A DNA stretch of 63,351 nt, filler included, from an uncultured bacterium (GTDB taxonomy: Bacteria; B130-G9), in NCBI GenBank assembly GCA_965372715.1. It is 5 parts of 5 records of this genome, joined end to end, with 100 filler letters (N's around TTAATTAATTAA, not from the genome) between each part and the next. Parts side by side here need not be neighbours in the genome. Positions count along the whole stretch, not along the records: positions 15,604 to 30,395 come from CBDVDH010000072.1; 4 more parts are not named here. The stretch is one strand, 5' to 3'. Of this stretch, positions 18,441-28,514 are shown one piece after another. A program made the position numbers and the translations under genes. The stretch's first letter is position 1; the number at the start of each line of letters is the position of its first letter. The notes below the pieces were generated by a model. That model was given only the letters and a program-made list of their open reading frames with translations. It was not told where the DNA came from and did no database searches.

Positions 18441-19430
18441 TTGGGTAGAACGTTCATTGCGTGCGTGTTGTCTTTTATGGCTCTCCTGGGGGTATGGGGT
18501 TGCCGCCACCAGCCGCCCGAGTTGGAGCCCGCGGAGATCGCGGATACCAGCGCTGTTCCGTCTCATTTTTCACCGGTCACGATCGCGGCGCCTCTCAAGA
18601 CGGATGTGTCTGACAAGACCTACAGGCTCGGTCCCGAAGACGAGCTTTCAGTTGTGATTCGCGCGAAGGGGGGCTACAGGGAGGCGGTAGAGGTTACGGT
18701 TCATTCTCAGGGCACAGTCATGCTTCCGATGGTTAATGAGGTAAGCGCCGCCGGCTTGACGCTTTCGGAGTTGTCCGAGGAGATCGAGAGGCTTCTGGAA
18801 AAAGACTATCTCGTTGCACCCAAGGTCTTTGTGACGCTCAAGAGGCGGATGAGCCACAAGATCTCGCTCGTCGGCGAGATCGCTAGGACCGGAACGTATA
18901 ATCTTCGAGCAGAGACAGAGCTTCTTAAAGACGTGATAACCCGGGCTGGGGGGCCGTTGGGCGGGTTCAACAAGACGGTTTTTCTCATAAGGCATCCCAG
19001 TTCGGTTGAGGGTAGCGAGCTACCACAGAAGCCCGAACGCTACACAGTCAATCTGCTGGACTTGATGAACGACACAAAGGGAGAACTGAACGTTCCGGTC
19101 AAGACAGGTGACACAATCTACGTCCTATCTGGTGAGCTGGCGGCTGAGTTCTCTGGTTTGGAGCGCGGCCACGTCCTTGTATTTGGTCAGGTGAAGAATC
19201 CTGGGATTGTGCCATACTCAAAGGGACTGACGGTGCTTCGAGCCATCCTGAAGGCTGGCAATTTCACCGAGGGCGCCGCGAGATCGCGAGTTCAAGTCAA
19301 GAGGACAATCAACGGTAAGGTGATTACTTTGAAGGTGAATATCAACCGAATTATAGAGGACGGGGACCAAAGCGCAGACCTGTTATTGGAGCCGGGCGAC
19401 GTTGTCCGCGTTCCTCGTTCCATATTCTAG
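18441..19430 (+). CDS. OPX/Wza-family polysaccharide export lipoprotein (short form)
   Basis: VWGC lipobox, YRLGPEDEL, Poly_export plus two SLBB-like repeats; ends LEPGDVVRVPRSIF. Confidence 0.9.
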   Translation: MGRTFIACVLSFMALLGVWGCRHQPPELEPAEIADTSAVPSHFSPVTIAAPLKTDVSDKTYRLGPEDELSVVIRAKGGYREAVEVTVHSQGTVMLPMVNEVSAAGLTLSELSEEIERLLEKDYLVAPKVFVTLKRRMSHKISLVGEIARTGTYNLRAETELLKDVITRAGGPLGGFNKTVFLIRHPSSVEGSELPQKPERYTVNLLDLMNDTKGELNVPVKTGDTIYVLSGELAAEFSGLERGHVLVFGQVKNPGIVPYSKGLTVLRAILKAGNFTEGAARSRVQVKRTINGKVITLKVNINRIIEDGDQSADLLLEPGDVVRVPRSIF

Positions 19431-19442
19431 CTTTGATGCATC

Positions 19443-20906
19443 GTGGAGGAGTCAATGGCCGCGCGGGATGATTCTCAGGAGGTTAACCTCAGACAGTATC
19501 TGGCAGTAGTCCGCCAGAAGTACTGGCTTATCATCCTCTCGGTTGTAGTTGCGGTTGTCCCATCCGCGATTGTCCTTGTGAGAGAAAGACCGGTTTATGA
19601 GGCGAAGTCAACTGTCTTGATTGAGCAGGGCCAGGCTGCGATCGATGAGAAGGGTCCCGGGGCGCTAGGGATTGATCCCGAGATAGAGGAGGCTCTGCTT
19701 TTTACCAAGCCCGTGATGAGTTCCGTGCTGAATAGGCTCGATCCTTACTTCGACGGTCTTTCAGAGAGCCACAAAGTGGCTCGCATCGCGGCGTTCAAAT
19801 CGAGAATTGGGATGAGTTTCCACAAGAGCAAGGGCTACGGGTCCTCTGGGCCTGCGCTGGTCGAAATCACGGCAAAGGCGTCTGTTCCCGCTGAGGCGGC
19901 TAAGATAGCCAATATCGTCACGCAGACTTATATAGACAAGACGCGGGAACGGGAACTAGCGGAGTCGAACGCCTGGATGAATTGGTTCGGCGAGCAGCTT
20001 TTTCAGATGCGTCAAAAGGTAACGAAGGCTGAGGAGAAGTTCCAGGCCTTCAAGCTGGAAAAGGGCATCATCGGTCTCGATGAGCGTAAGAATGAGCTGG
20101 CATCGAAATTGGGGACGGCGTCAAGCGGCCATCTGCAAACTCGGTTGGAGCGGCTGGACGCGGAACTCGCGCTCTCCGCGCTGCAAAAGGCACTGGCTCA
20201 GGGGCCTGTCGCTGCAACGCCGGCCTTCGCTAGCCATGGCTCTGCCGCCATAACCTCTCTTAAGTCGGAGCTTGACGGGGTGAAAGCCCAGCTGAAGGAG
20301 AAGCTGAGCGTATTCAAGCCGAAGCATCCAGTTATTGCTGACCTCAAAGAGAAGATAAGACTGGTCGAGGCCCGGCTGGAGAGCCAAGAGCGGGAGATAA
20401 TCAGGACCCAACAGAACAGGGTCCAAAGCCTGAAGGCTAGCGAGGCGTCCCTTGCCAGCACGCTGGAGGCGTTCAAGGAGGAAGTTCAGAAGCTCAACAC
20501 AGTGGAGCTGCAATACTCAATTCTTGAGCGAGAGGTTGCCAGCTCGCGAGAGTTATACGATCTCTTCGTGGAGCGGCGGAAGAGAATCGCTATCGACAGC
20601 GGCGTCAGCAGACGGCGAATGAGCGTAGTGGAGCCCGCAATTGCCTCAAAGAATCCGGCCCCCAAGAAGTTGGGCGTCAAGCTCCTCGTAGCATCGGTAA
20701 TCGGACTAATAATCGGTATCGGCCTGGCGTTTCTTATCGACTACCTTGAGATGACATACAAGACGCCAGAGGATATTGAGCGGCACCTGGGGCTATGGGT
20801 GGTCGGGGTGATTCCCAGGTTCGAGCCGAAGACGGAACCTGTTCTCTGCTTTTCTAACGTTGTAGCGAGTCGGGCACAAAAGAGGCGGCGGAGAGATAAA
20901 AAGTGA
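19443..20906 (+). CDS. Polysaccharide co-polymerase (GumC/Wzc membrane part)
   Basis: N-terminal TM, PVYEAKSTVLI, long coiled coil, KHP, second TM, GVIP. Confidence 0.9.
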   Translation: MEESMAARDDSQEVNLRQYLAVVRQKYWLIILSVVVAVVPSAIVLVRERPVYEAKSTVLIEQGQAAIDEKGPGALGIDPEIEEALLFTKPVMSSVLNRLDPYFDGLSESHKVARIAAFKSRIGMSFHKSKGYGSSGPALVEITAKASVPAEAAKIANIVTQTYIDKTRERELAESNAWMNWFGEQLFQMRQKVTKAEEKFQAFKLEKGIIGLDERKNELASKLGTASSGHLQTRLERLDAELALSALQKALAQGPVAATPAFASHGSAAITSLKSELDGVKAQLKEKLSVFKPKHPVIADLKEKIRLVEARLESQEREIIRTQQNRVQSLKASEASLASTLEAFKEEVQKLNTVELQYSILEREVASSRELYDLFVERRKRIAIDSGVSRRRMSVVEPAIASKNPAPKKLGVKLLVASVIGLIIGIGLAFLIDYLEMTYKTPEDIERHLGLWVVGVIPRFEPKTEPVLCFSNVVASRAQKRRRRDKK

Positions 20907-21919
20907 ACGAACCCAAGTCCCACAAAGCCTACGTGGTTTGCGTAAACGCTGTGTCTCCGGACGCCGACAAGCAGGCTATTATTGAGAGGGTGTCCAGGTT
21001 CTGCAAAGGCGCCGAAAAGGAGCAGATTAAGCATGCGGTGGAAGACCCGCCCTTTTCTTTCCGCAGAATGAACTTCGATTCGGCGCAAGCGGCCAAGCAG
21101 GAGCTTGAGAAGCTGGGCTGCACACTTGATATCAGGGAGAGCGCTAGCGTCTTCTCCGCTGAAGAGGCTGTTATCGTGGAGGAGTCGAGGCGCAAGCACA
21201 AGATGCGGCTTGCAAAGGGTGTCGATGAACAACAGATGATCGACAACCTTTGGGTATTTACGAGCGAGGACATCGCCGTGGAAGCCTACAGGACTTTCAG
21301 AACGAATCTGCTTGTCCGAATGAAACGCGATGAGGTCAACAGTTTTCTTTTCACCAGTGCGTCTCCTAAAGAAGGGAAGTCCACGGTTGTTGCCCACTTG
21401 GGAATAGCGCTGGCCAATGCCGGCAAGAAGACCATTCTGGTGGATATGGACCTCAGAAATCCGGTTCTTCACAAGTTCATGGGGATAGACAACTCGGTCG
21501 GGGTCTCAAATATCGTGCTTGATGGAGGCGATCCCAACGCAGTTATTAGCCACACAGTGTTTGAGAGGTTGCACCTCCTCACAAGCGGGCCGCTACTTCC
21601 GAACCCGGCGGAGCTCTTGTCATCTGCATCCGCCCGGGAGCTGTTGACTGGTTTGGCGAGGGACTTTGACGTCGTTCTCGTCGATGCGCCTCCGGTGATT
21701 GGCCTTACCGATGCAGTCGTCATCGGCACGATAGTAGGGGACGTGTTCATCGTCGTAAAGGCGGGTCGCACGTCACGGCAACGGACTGCGCTTGCGGTCC
21801 AGATGCTTGAAAACGTTGGATGCCGTATTCTGGGAGCGGTTCTCAACGAAGTGGACGTGGATAAGCCATACTATAGAGTTTACTCATATTCAGGACGCCG
21901 GCAGGCGCGAGAGCATTGA
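20903..21919 (+). CDS. CpsD/CapB-type tyrosine kinase with an extra N-terminal L7/L12-CTD-like domain
   Basis: EAYRTFRTN, Walker A PKEGKST, VDMDLR, VDAPP, C-terminal Tyr cluster YYRVYSY. Confidence 0.9.
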   Translation: MNEPKSHKAYVVCVNAVSPDADKQAIIERVSRFCKGAEKEQIKHAVEDPPFSFRRMNFDSAQAAKQELEKLGCTLDIRESASVFSAEEAVIVEESRRKHKMRLAKGVDEQQMIDNLWVFTSEDIAVEAYRTFRTNLLVRMKRDEVNSFLFTSASPKEGKSTVVAHLGIALANAGKKTILVDMDLRNPVLHKFMGIDNSVGVSNIVLDGGDPNAVISHTVFERLHLLTSGPLLPNPAELLSSASARELLTGLARDFDVVLVDAPPVIGLTDAVVIGTIVGDVFIVVKAGRTSRQRTALAVQMLENVGCRILGAVLNEVDVDKPYYRVYSYSGRRQAREH

Positions 21920-21961
21920 GAATCGTTACGGACAGGTTTTTCTTTAGGGGAGAGAACTAAA

Positions 21962-22339
21962 ATGCAGCACAAGACCTACAACGTCTTGGTAGTTGACGAC
22001 AACCAACCGATATGCGACGTGATCGTTGATGCGTTGCCAAAAGGCAAGTACAAAGTTGACGTGGCCTACGATGGGCAGCAGGGCCTTCAGATGGCCCAGA
22101 ACAAGAAATATGACGTAGTCTTCATGGACCTATACATGCCCGTCTTGGATGGATGCGAGGCCATCAAGAAGATCAAGTCGTTCTCCCCAGAGGTCATCAT
22201 TGTCGTGATGACGGCCGCGACAAATCGTGAGATGGTCGAGAAAGCGTTAAGGTTCGGCGCCAATTCTGTGATGGTGAAGCCTTTCCGCATATCAGAGGTG
22301 CAGGGGATTCTTAAGATGTTGGCGCCTCAAAGGGTCTAA
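21962..22339 (+). CDS. Single-domain response regulator
   Basis: VVDDN, FMDLYMPVLDG, KPF. Confidence 0.92.
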   Translation: MQHKTYNVLVVDDNQPICDVIVDALPKGKYKVDVAYDGQQGLQMAQNKKYDVVFMDLYMPVLDGCEAIKKIKSFSPEVIIVVMTAATNREMVEKALRFGANSVMVKPFRISEVQGILKMLAPQRV

Positions 22340-22415
22340 GGACTGTTGCTCCTTCCGACATCATCGCGGTGCAAGAAGCGAACAGAATGAACCATTGAAT
22401 TAGAAGGACAGCTGG

Positions 22416-24377
22416 ATGCGTGATCTGACCTCGCGAGAGAAGCGGCTGTTGCTGATGTTCGCCGACGCCTTGGCCGTCTCGGGCTGTTATCTCTTGGCCT
22501 TTTATTTGAAGTTTGAGTTCCCCCTACCGAAACCCGAGGCGCAGCTTTTCCAAAACACGCTCCTTCTTGCCCTTGGAATAAAGATGGCCGCTTACTACTT
22601 CTCGGGCTGCTACAAGGGCGTATGGCGATACGCTAGCATGGCTGACCTTCTCGTAATCATCCGGGCCACATGTATAGCGACGGTCTTGACCATCGTTTCG
22701 GTCAGAATCTTCTTTGCCCAAGTCGACTGCCCCACTCCTGTTTTCATTATCGATTGGTTGCTGACCATTTTCGCGGTTGGTGCTGTGCGGTTTCTCGCCA
22801 GAGGCTATCGCTTGATTACCTCGGAACAGCCTGGCGCCATGCGCAAGGTCCTTATAGTTGGCGATGGGGACCCGGCGGAGATGCTCACAAGAGAGATATT
22901 CAGCAGCCCTTCCGTCGGACTGGAGCCTGTCGGATTGATCACCGAAGACCCTGATCTGATAGGGACAAGGATACATGGAGTTCCTGTCCTGGGCACCATT
23001 GCCGAGATAGGCGAGATATCAACCGAAAAATCCGTGGACGAGGTGATAATCGCGATGCCGAAGGCCAGCGGCGCCCAGGTCAGAAGGATCATCACTGTAT
23101 GTAAAGAGGAGGACGTCAAGTTCAGGACGCTGCCTCCTCTGGGAGACATAATCAAAGGCATGGTCTCGGTCAACCAGATTCGTGATGTGCAGGTTGAAGA
23201 CCTACTCCGGCGCCCGCCGATCCAGCTGAGTACGGAGCGTATTCTGCGTTCGATCAGCGGCAAAAGAGTGCTTATTACAGGCGCGGGAGGCTCGATCGGT
23301 TCCGAGCTTTGTAGGCAAGCAGCCAAATACGATCCCGAGGTGCTAATACTCGTTGAGCAAGCTGAAAACTGCCTCTATGCGATAGATTATGAGCTTGAGC
23401 GGGAGATGGTGCCGACGGTGAGGCACGTTGCTATGGTCGCTGACATCGTCGATACCGAACGGGTGGAAGAGATATTTGAGTCATCGAGACCCCACGTCAT
23501 TTTCCACGCTGCCGCACACAAACACGTGCCCTTGATGGAGAGCAACCCTTTGGAAGCCTTCAAGAACAACTTGATAGGCACGGCAATACTCGCCGAGGCC
23601 GCAATAAAGTGGGGATCGGAATCATTTGTCCTAATCTCAACGGACAAGGCGGTGAACCCCACAAGTATCATGGGCGCCTCCAAGCGGACGGCGGAGCTTT
23701 TTGTTCAGGACTGCATAGATACCCGCAAGACAGCTTTTATGACCGTTAGGTTCGGTAACGTTCTTGGTTCGACCGGAAGCGTTGTCCCGTTGTTCATGAG
23801 GCAGATTCGGCAGGGCGGCCCGGTAACGGTAACACATCCTGAGGTTACGCGCTTTTTCATGACGATTCCTGAGGCAGTGCAGTTGGTCCTGGAAGCGGCC
23901 ACAATGGGCAAGGGCGGTGAGATTTTCGTGCTCAAGATGGGCGAACAAATCCGCATCATTGATCTTGCCAAGGACCTAATAAGGCTGTCAGGTCTTTCGC
24001 CCGGCGAAGACATTGAGATCGTTTATACGGGCTTGAGGCCCGGGGAGAAGCTCTTCGAGGAGCTGCTTCTGGAAGGAGAGAACCTCAGCCCGACAGATCA
24101 CGAAGACATTCTTGTGGCTGCAAGCGAGCAGAGGGATGCGAGTAGGACGCGCGAGCTGATTGATATGCTCAAGGACGCCGTGAGTCGCGGGGACCTTCGG
24201 CGGGCCACGACGGCCATGCGCCGGCTGATCCCAGAGTTCGTCGGCGAAGGCCCTATCGATCAGACCGCTCTTCTTAGGGACCGTTATTTCAAATCAACCA
24301 AGGCAAATAGGCAGCCTGCTGAACTTCAGGCCAACCCGCATCCAAATCCCGCTGCTAGCCAGGCAAAGAAAGCTTAG
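22416..24377 (+). CDS. Membrane NDP-sugar 4,6-dehydratase (CapD/PglF/WbpM family)
   Basis: Four N-terminal TMs, TGAGGSIGSEL, HAAAHKHVP, STDKAVNPTSIMGASK, GLRPGEKLFEEL. Confidence 0.95.
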   Translation: MRDLTSREKRLLLMFADALAVSGCYLLAFYLKFEFPLPKPEAQLFQNTLLLALGIKMAAYYFSGCYKGVWRYASMADLLVIIRATCIATVLTIVSVRIFFAQVDCPTPVFIIDWLLTIFAVGAVRFLARGYRLITSEQPGAMRKVLIVGDGDPAEMLTREIFSSPSVGLEPVGLITEDPDLIGTRIHGVPVLGTIAEIGEISTEKSVDEVIIAMPKASGAQVRRIITVCKEEDVKFRTLPPLGDIIKGMVSVNQIRDVQVEDLLRRPPIQLSTERILRSISGKRVLITGAGGSIGSELCRQAAKYDPEVLILVEQAENCLYAIDYELEREMVPTVRHVAMVADIVDTERVEEIFESSRPHVIFHAAAHKHVPLMESNPLEAFKNNLIGTAILAEAAIKWGSESFVLISTDKAVNPTSIMGASKRTAELFVQDCIDTRKTAFMTVRFGNVLGSTGSVVPLFMRQIRQGGPVTVTHPEVTRFFMTIPEAVQLVLEAATMGKGGEIFVLKMGEQIRIIDLAKDLIRLSGLSPGEDIEIVYTGLRPGEKLFEELLLEGENLSPTDHEDILVAASEQRDASRTRELIDMLKDAVSRGDLRRATTAMRRLIPEFVGEGPIDQTALLRDRYFKSTKANRQPAELQANPHPNPAASQAKKA

Positions 24378-24423
24378 AAGCAAAGTCCAGCAGTCCTGCG
24401 CCTCGATTACGGGTGTATCGCGT

Positions 24424-25167
24424 TTGAAGCTCAAGGTAGTTCTGCCAGCATTCAACGAGGCCCAAAACCTCAAGAGCCTACTGCCGGACATCCTCTCCCA
24501 GCTCGAGGATAGCGGCTTCCAGTATGAGGTCTGCGTCGTTAACGATGGCAGCACGGACGATACTGCCGCCGTGACGAAGAACTTCTCACAGAATGCACCA
24601 GTCAGGCTGTTGACCCACTCTGAGAACCGAGGCCTGGGCAAGGCTCTCTTGACAGCGTTCAAGACGCTTGCCTCTGAATGTGACGGGGACGATGTGATCT
24701 GCACTCTTGATGCCGACAACACCCACTCTCCGCTCTTGTTGGAACCGCTTGCGGAAAAGGTCTCCGAGGGATTCGACGTGGTCATCGCGTCGCGCTTCAC
24801 GTCCGTCGGGAAAGTAGTCGGCCTCTCCCTCTTCAGAAGGGCCTTGAGCCGGGCGGCGGCGACACTCTTGTCCGCCGTCTATCCCGTCGAAGGTGTAACC
24901 GACTACACATCCGGCTTCAGGGCATACAGAGCGTCAGCGATAATCAATGGGCTTGACCAATACGGCGATTGCCTCATAACGCGGAGCGATTTTTCCTGTA
25001 ACGCTGAACTTCTCATAAATCTCCTCTCGCTCGGCGCAAGCCCGGCTGAAATCCCACTAAGGCTTCGATATGATACAAAACGTGGAAAGAGCAAATTGAG
25101 ACTGTTCAGAACACTATTCGGTTATTGTTCGCTGCTGGTAAGAATAGGGAGATTGCGCAGAAGATGA
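24424..25167 (+). CDS. Glycosyltransferase family 2 (DPM1-like)
   Basis: [29 protein letters not shown]. Confidence 0.88.
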   Translation: MKLKVVLPAFNEAQNLKSLLPDILSQLEDSGFQYEVCVVNDGSTDDTAAVTKNFSQNAPVRLLTHSENRGLGKALLTAFKTLASECDGDDVICTLDADNTHSPLLLEPLAEKVSEGFDVVIASRFTSVGKVVGLSLFRRALSRAAATLLSAVYPVEGVTDYTSGFRAYRASAIINGLDQYGDCLITRSDFSCNAELLINLLSLGASPAEIPLRLRYDTKRGKSKLRLFRTLFGYCSLLVRIGRLRRR

Positions 25168-25847
25168 AGGTTTCGGTCATTATTCCTGTCTATAACGAGA
25201 AAAGCACGATACGAGAAATCCTGAAGCGCGTCTTTCAGGTTGACCTGGACCTGGAGACGATTGTGGTTGACGATTGCTCCACGGATGGCACCAGGGATGT
25301 CTATCCCGAACTGGAGCAGTACATCGACAAACTTATCCTTCACGAAAAGAACATGGGGAAGGGAGCAGCGGTGCGCGCTGGAATCGCCGCGGCGACCGGC
25401 GAGGTTGTTCTTGTGCAAGACGCGGACCTGGAATACGACCCCAGCGAGTACCACAGGCTCCTGCGGCCCATACTCGAGGACAGGGCGGACGCGGTCTATG
25501 GCTCACGATTCAAGGGCAGCGAGGAACACAGAGTCCTCTATTTCTGGCACTATATCGGCAACACGATGCTCACAATACTCTCAAACATGTTCACCGGCCT
25601 CAACTTATCCGACGTGGAAACCTGCTACAAAGCCTTTCGCGCCTCGCTCATCAAGTCTCTGGACCTGAAGGAGAACAGGTTCGGCTTTGAGCCCGAAGTA
25701 ACCGCCAAGATCGCAAAGGCAAAGGCACGGGTGTATGAAGTAGGTATCTCGTATCGAGGCAGAACTTACATTGAAGGCAAGAAAATCGGCTGGCGAGACG
25801 GCCTCCGCGCCGTCTATTGCATAATCAAGTATGGTCTGTTCGATTAG
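25164..25847 (+). CDS. Glycosyltransferase family 2 (DPM/DPG synthase-like)
   Basis: ATGA overlap with the previous gene; [41 protein letters not shown]. Confidence 0.92.
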   Translation: MKVSVIIPVYNEKSTIREILKRVFQVDLDLETIVVDDCSTDGTRDVYPELEQYIDKLILHEKNMGKGAAVRAGIAAATGEVVLVQDADLEYDPSEYHRLLRPILEDRADAVYGSRFKGSEEHRVLYFWHYIGNTMLTILSNMFTGLNLSDVETCYKAFRASLIKSLDLKENRFGFEPEVTAKIAKAKARVYEVGISYRGRTYIEGKKIGWRDGLRAVYCIIKYGLFD

Positions 25848-25879
25848 CGAGCTTACGAGATAAGAGCCAGGAATACGAC

Positions 25880-27244
25880 ATGAAGCTGCTGAACAGGGCC
25901 AACTGGTGGCAGGTCCTTCTGACCGACGCTCTTCTCGTCGTTCTGGCGTATCTTCTGAGCTTCATCTTCGAGTTTGGCCTGGAAGCAGGCGTTCAGAAAG
26001 CGCTGGTCCACTATCACGTCGGCCTCTTGGCGATCGGACTGTCCCTGCTCGGCTATTACTACTTCGGTCTCTATTACATCGACACGCTCAGAGACAAGGT
26101 CCGCCTTCTGTTCTCCTCGGTCAAGGCCTGTTCGGCGAGCACACTGCTTCTGATCGCTTACGTATTCTCACTTCACAGTTTGCCCTTCCCAAAGAACGTC
26201 ACGTTCTCCTTTTTTGCCATCGATTCGGTGCTGATCTTCGCCTGGAGAGCCTATATCGACGCCAGGCTCCTGCTGAAATCGGCTCGTGAGGCGAGAAGAG
26301 TTCTCATCGTTGGGGCGGGCAACGCCGGCGCCAGAATAGCGACTCAGATGCGCGACTCGGTTGACAAGAAGCACGAGATAGTCGGGTTCATCGATGATAA
26401 CCCGGGCAAGACCGGCTCAGTTGTTTCAGGATTCGAGGTGCTCGGAACCAGAGAGAAGATGCGAGAGATAATAAGGCTGCACAGGGCTGACCGCGTCGTG
26501 ATCGCGATGCCCTCGGCCCATCGCTCGACGATCTCGGATTTCATACTCATCTGCGACGAGACCTCCACCGATTACAGCATTGTCCCGAGCTTCTTCGAGA
26601 TAATCACACAACAGGCGCCGATGGACGACACTGCTAATCTACTCCTGATGAGCTTCTTTGAGAGTCGCATAAGAAGAGAGCAGAAGACCGTCAAACGCAT
26701 ATTCGACGTTGTCGCGTCTCTTCTTGGGCTGATTGTCCTCTCCCCGGGTTTTCTTCTTACAGCAATCGCCATCAAACTCTCGTCCAAAGGTCCGGTGTTC
26801 TTCACGCAGCTGAGAGTCATGAGAGGAGGCAAGCTCTTCAAGATCCGCAAGTTCCGAACCATGGTCCGGGGTGCTGACAAGATCGGTCCGGTACTGACCG
26901 AAAAGAACGACCCCAGAATAACGAGAATAGGGAAGGTACTGCGCTTCACGAGCATCGACGAACTGCCTCAACTAATAAACGTCCTAAAGGGCGAGATGAG
27001 CCTCGTCGGGCCAAGACCCGAAGTACCCTCCATCGTCGCCAAATACGAGAAATGGCAGCGCCGTGTGCTCGACGCCCAGCCCGGCGTCACAGGCCTCGCC
27101 CAGATAAGCGGCCGAGACGAGCTCTCCATCAACGCGAAACTAAGATACGACATGTACTACATGCGGAACCATTGCCTCTCCCTCGACATCAAGATAATCC
27201 TCAAAACGTTCAAGAAAGTCATCGACCGACAAGGCGCAAACTAG
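25880..27244 (+). CDS. Polyprenyl-phosphate glycosylphosphotransferase (WcaJ/WbaP family)
   Basis: N-terminal TMs, GAG CoA-binding-like domain, KRIFD, KFRTM, DELPQLINVLKGEMSLVGPRPE. Confidence 0.94.
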   Translation: MKLLNRANWWQVLLTDALLVVLAYLLSFIFEFGLEAGVQKALVHYHVGLLAIGLSLLGYYYFGLYYIDTLRDKVRLLFSSVKACSASTLLLIAYVFSLHSLPFPKNVTFSFFAIDSVLIFAWRAYIDARLLLKSAREARRVLIVGAGNAGARIATQMRDSVDKKHEIVGFIDDNPGKTGSVVSGFEVLGTREKMREIIRLHRADRVVIAMPSAHRSTISDFILICDETSTDYSIVPSFFEIITQQAPMDDTANLLLMSFFESRIRREQKTVKRIFDVVASLLGLIVLSPGFLLTAIAIKLSSKGPVFFTQLRVMRGGKLFKIRKFRTMVRGADKIGPVLTEKNDPRITRIGKVLRFTSIDELPQLINVLKGEMSLVGPRPEVPSIVAKYEKWQRRVLDAQPGVTGLAQISGRDELSINAKLRYDMYYMRNHCLSLDIKIILKTFKKVIDRQGAN

Positions 27245-27250
27245 TCGAAG

Positions 27251-27477
27251 TGCGCGGCTTTCGCCACGCGGCGAATGCCGTGGGCCGACGGTGTGGGGCG
27301 GGCTTTCCAGCCTGCCGCAGCCAGATGATGCGCGGCTTCTGAGAAACTCGACGCGCGGCGAATGCCAAGTGGGCCGACGGTGTGGGGCGGGCTTTCCAGC
27401 CTGCCCGTCTCTGCGTCTCAGCCCAAGGCGAGCTCCCTTTGGGTGCGAGCCGGCCAGCCGCATTCACGGGTGAAAGG
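27251..27477. repeat. Tandemly duplicated GTGG-REP unit plus a 126-bp dispersed element
   Basis: gtgggccgacggtgtggggcgggctttccagcctgcc occurs twice; 27352-27477 matches 63226-63351 with 3 mismatches. Confidence 0.88.
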
Positions 27478-27587
27478 AGCCAGGCCAGCGGCGGCTCGCC
27501 GCACTTGGCTCCACTTTCCTGAACATTGATAGAAGGATTTCACCATTGCTTTCCAAAAATCAATGTTAGCTTCAGTCAAAAAACCGC

Positions 27588-27616
27588 TTGACATTCCTTT
27601 GAATACGCGTTATCGT
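27588..27616 (+). promoter_or_regulatory. Putative sigma70 promoter
   Basis: A-rich UP element, TTGACA-N17-TATCGT. Confidence 0.55.
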
Positions 27617-28001
27617 CCAGCGAATCGGATAATGTTCTCTAGGGGTGAGCTGATGAGCTCGGGACATATTGGGTTTGTATTCTCGATGGCTACAAGATGT
27701 AGTAGGGGACTAGTGCATCGCTATTCCTTCTTGTCCGCCATAGCCTCATCCTTCGCACTAGCTACGGAGGACAAGCCGGCGACGGCGGGCCGACCGCACG
27801 AGGCCCACCTATCCACACCGCGCGATGTTTTCATCTCGACGATTCTCGGGATGAAAAAGCCGGCCGAGAGGCACAAGACCTCCCAGCCGGCCGAGGTGGG
27901 CGCAATATCGTGCCCACACACTACAACATTCGCTATGATTATCGAAAGATAATCACAAAGTACGAGGATGAATACAAATCAATCAAAAGTCTCTGATAGT
28001 C

Positions 28002-28412
28002 TTGTCAATCTGTTTGGTCATTGCTGTTGGGATCGTGGCCTATGTCTGGGCGTCCGGCTGCTGTGGCGACGATTCCGCGCTCTGCAACGGTGGATGTGTG
28101 AGAATCCCCGAGACCGACTGTGACTGGGCATTCTACGTTAATCACAACGTATTCGATTGGGGTGAGGGTCACACTGTGTGGGTGTACGTCAAGGAGGTCG
28201 GAGGACCGGTCGCGCTGCGCTATCTGCTGAACCTGGTGACGCCTGATCCGCAGCCCATCTGTATGTTCTTCTCGAACTCAGTGACCCTTCGCCCGAGCAA
28301 CAACTACCAGTTTTGGTTCAAAGCTTTTGTTGGTGACATCGAATACGATAGGGAGCCGCCGGGAACGGCAGTCTTTCCGCTAAGTCTGGACGCGGATTGC
28401 AATGAGGAATAA
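28002..28412 (+). CDS. Hypothetical secreted Cys-rich protein (start uncertain)
   Basis: Hydrophobic N-terminus, GCCGDDSALCNGGC, beta-rich C-terminus; no clean ATG in frame. Confidence 0.6.
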   Translation: MSICLVIAVGIVAYVWASGCCGDDSALCNGGCVRIPETDCDWAFYVNHNVFDWGEGHTVWVYVKEVGGPVALRYLLNLVTPDPQPICMFFSNSVTLRPSNNYQFWFKAFVGDIEYDREPPGTAVFPLSLDADCNEE

Positions 28413-28514
28413 GATCAACCAATAGGTAGCATGATCTGGTGGCGGGGCGGCGCAGTGCCGCCCCGTCATAACGAACAAGAATGTGGGATACACTAAGACA
28501 AGGGAGGCAAAGTA

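Noticed and set aside
27251-27477. Possible CRISPR array or group II intron 5' end (GTGCG)
   Set aside because: Only two irregular units, no unique equal-length spacers, no cas or RT genes, and no recognisable domain V.
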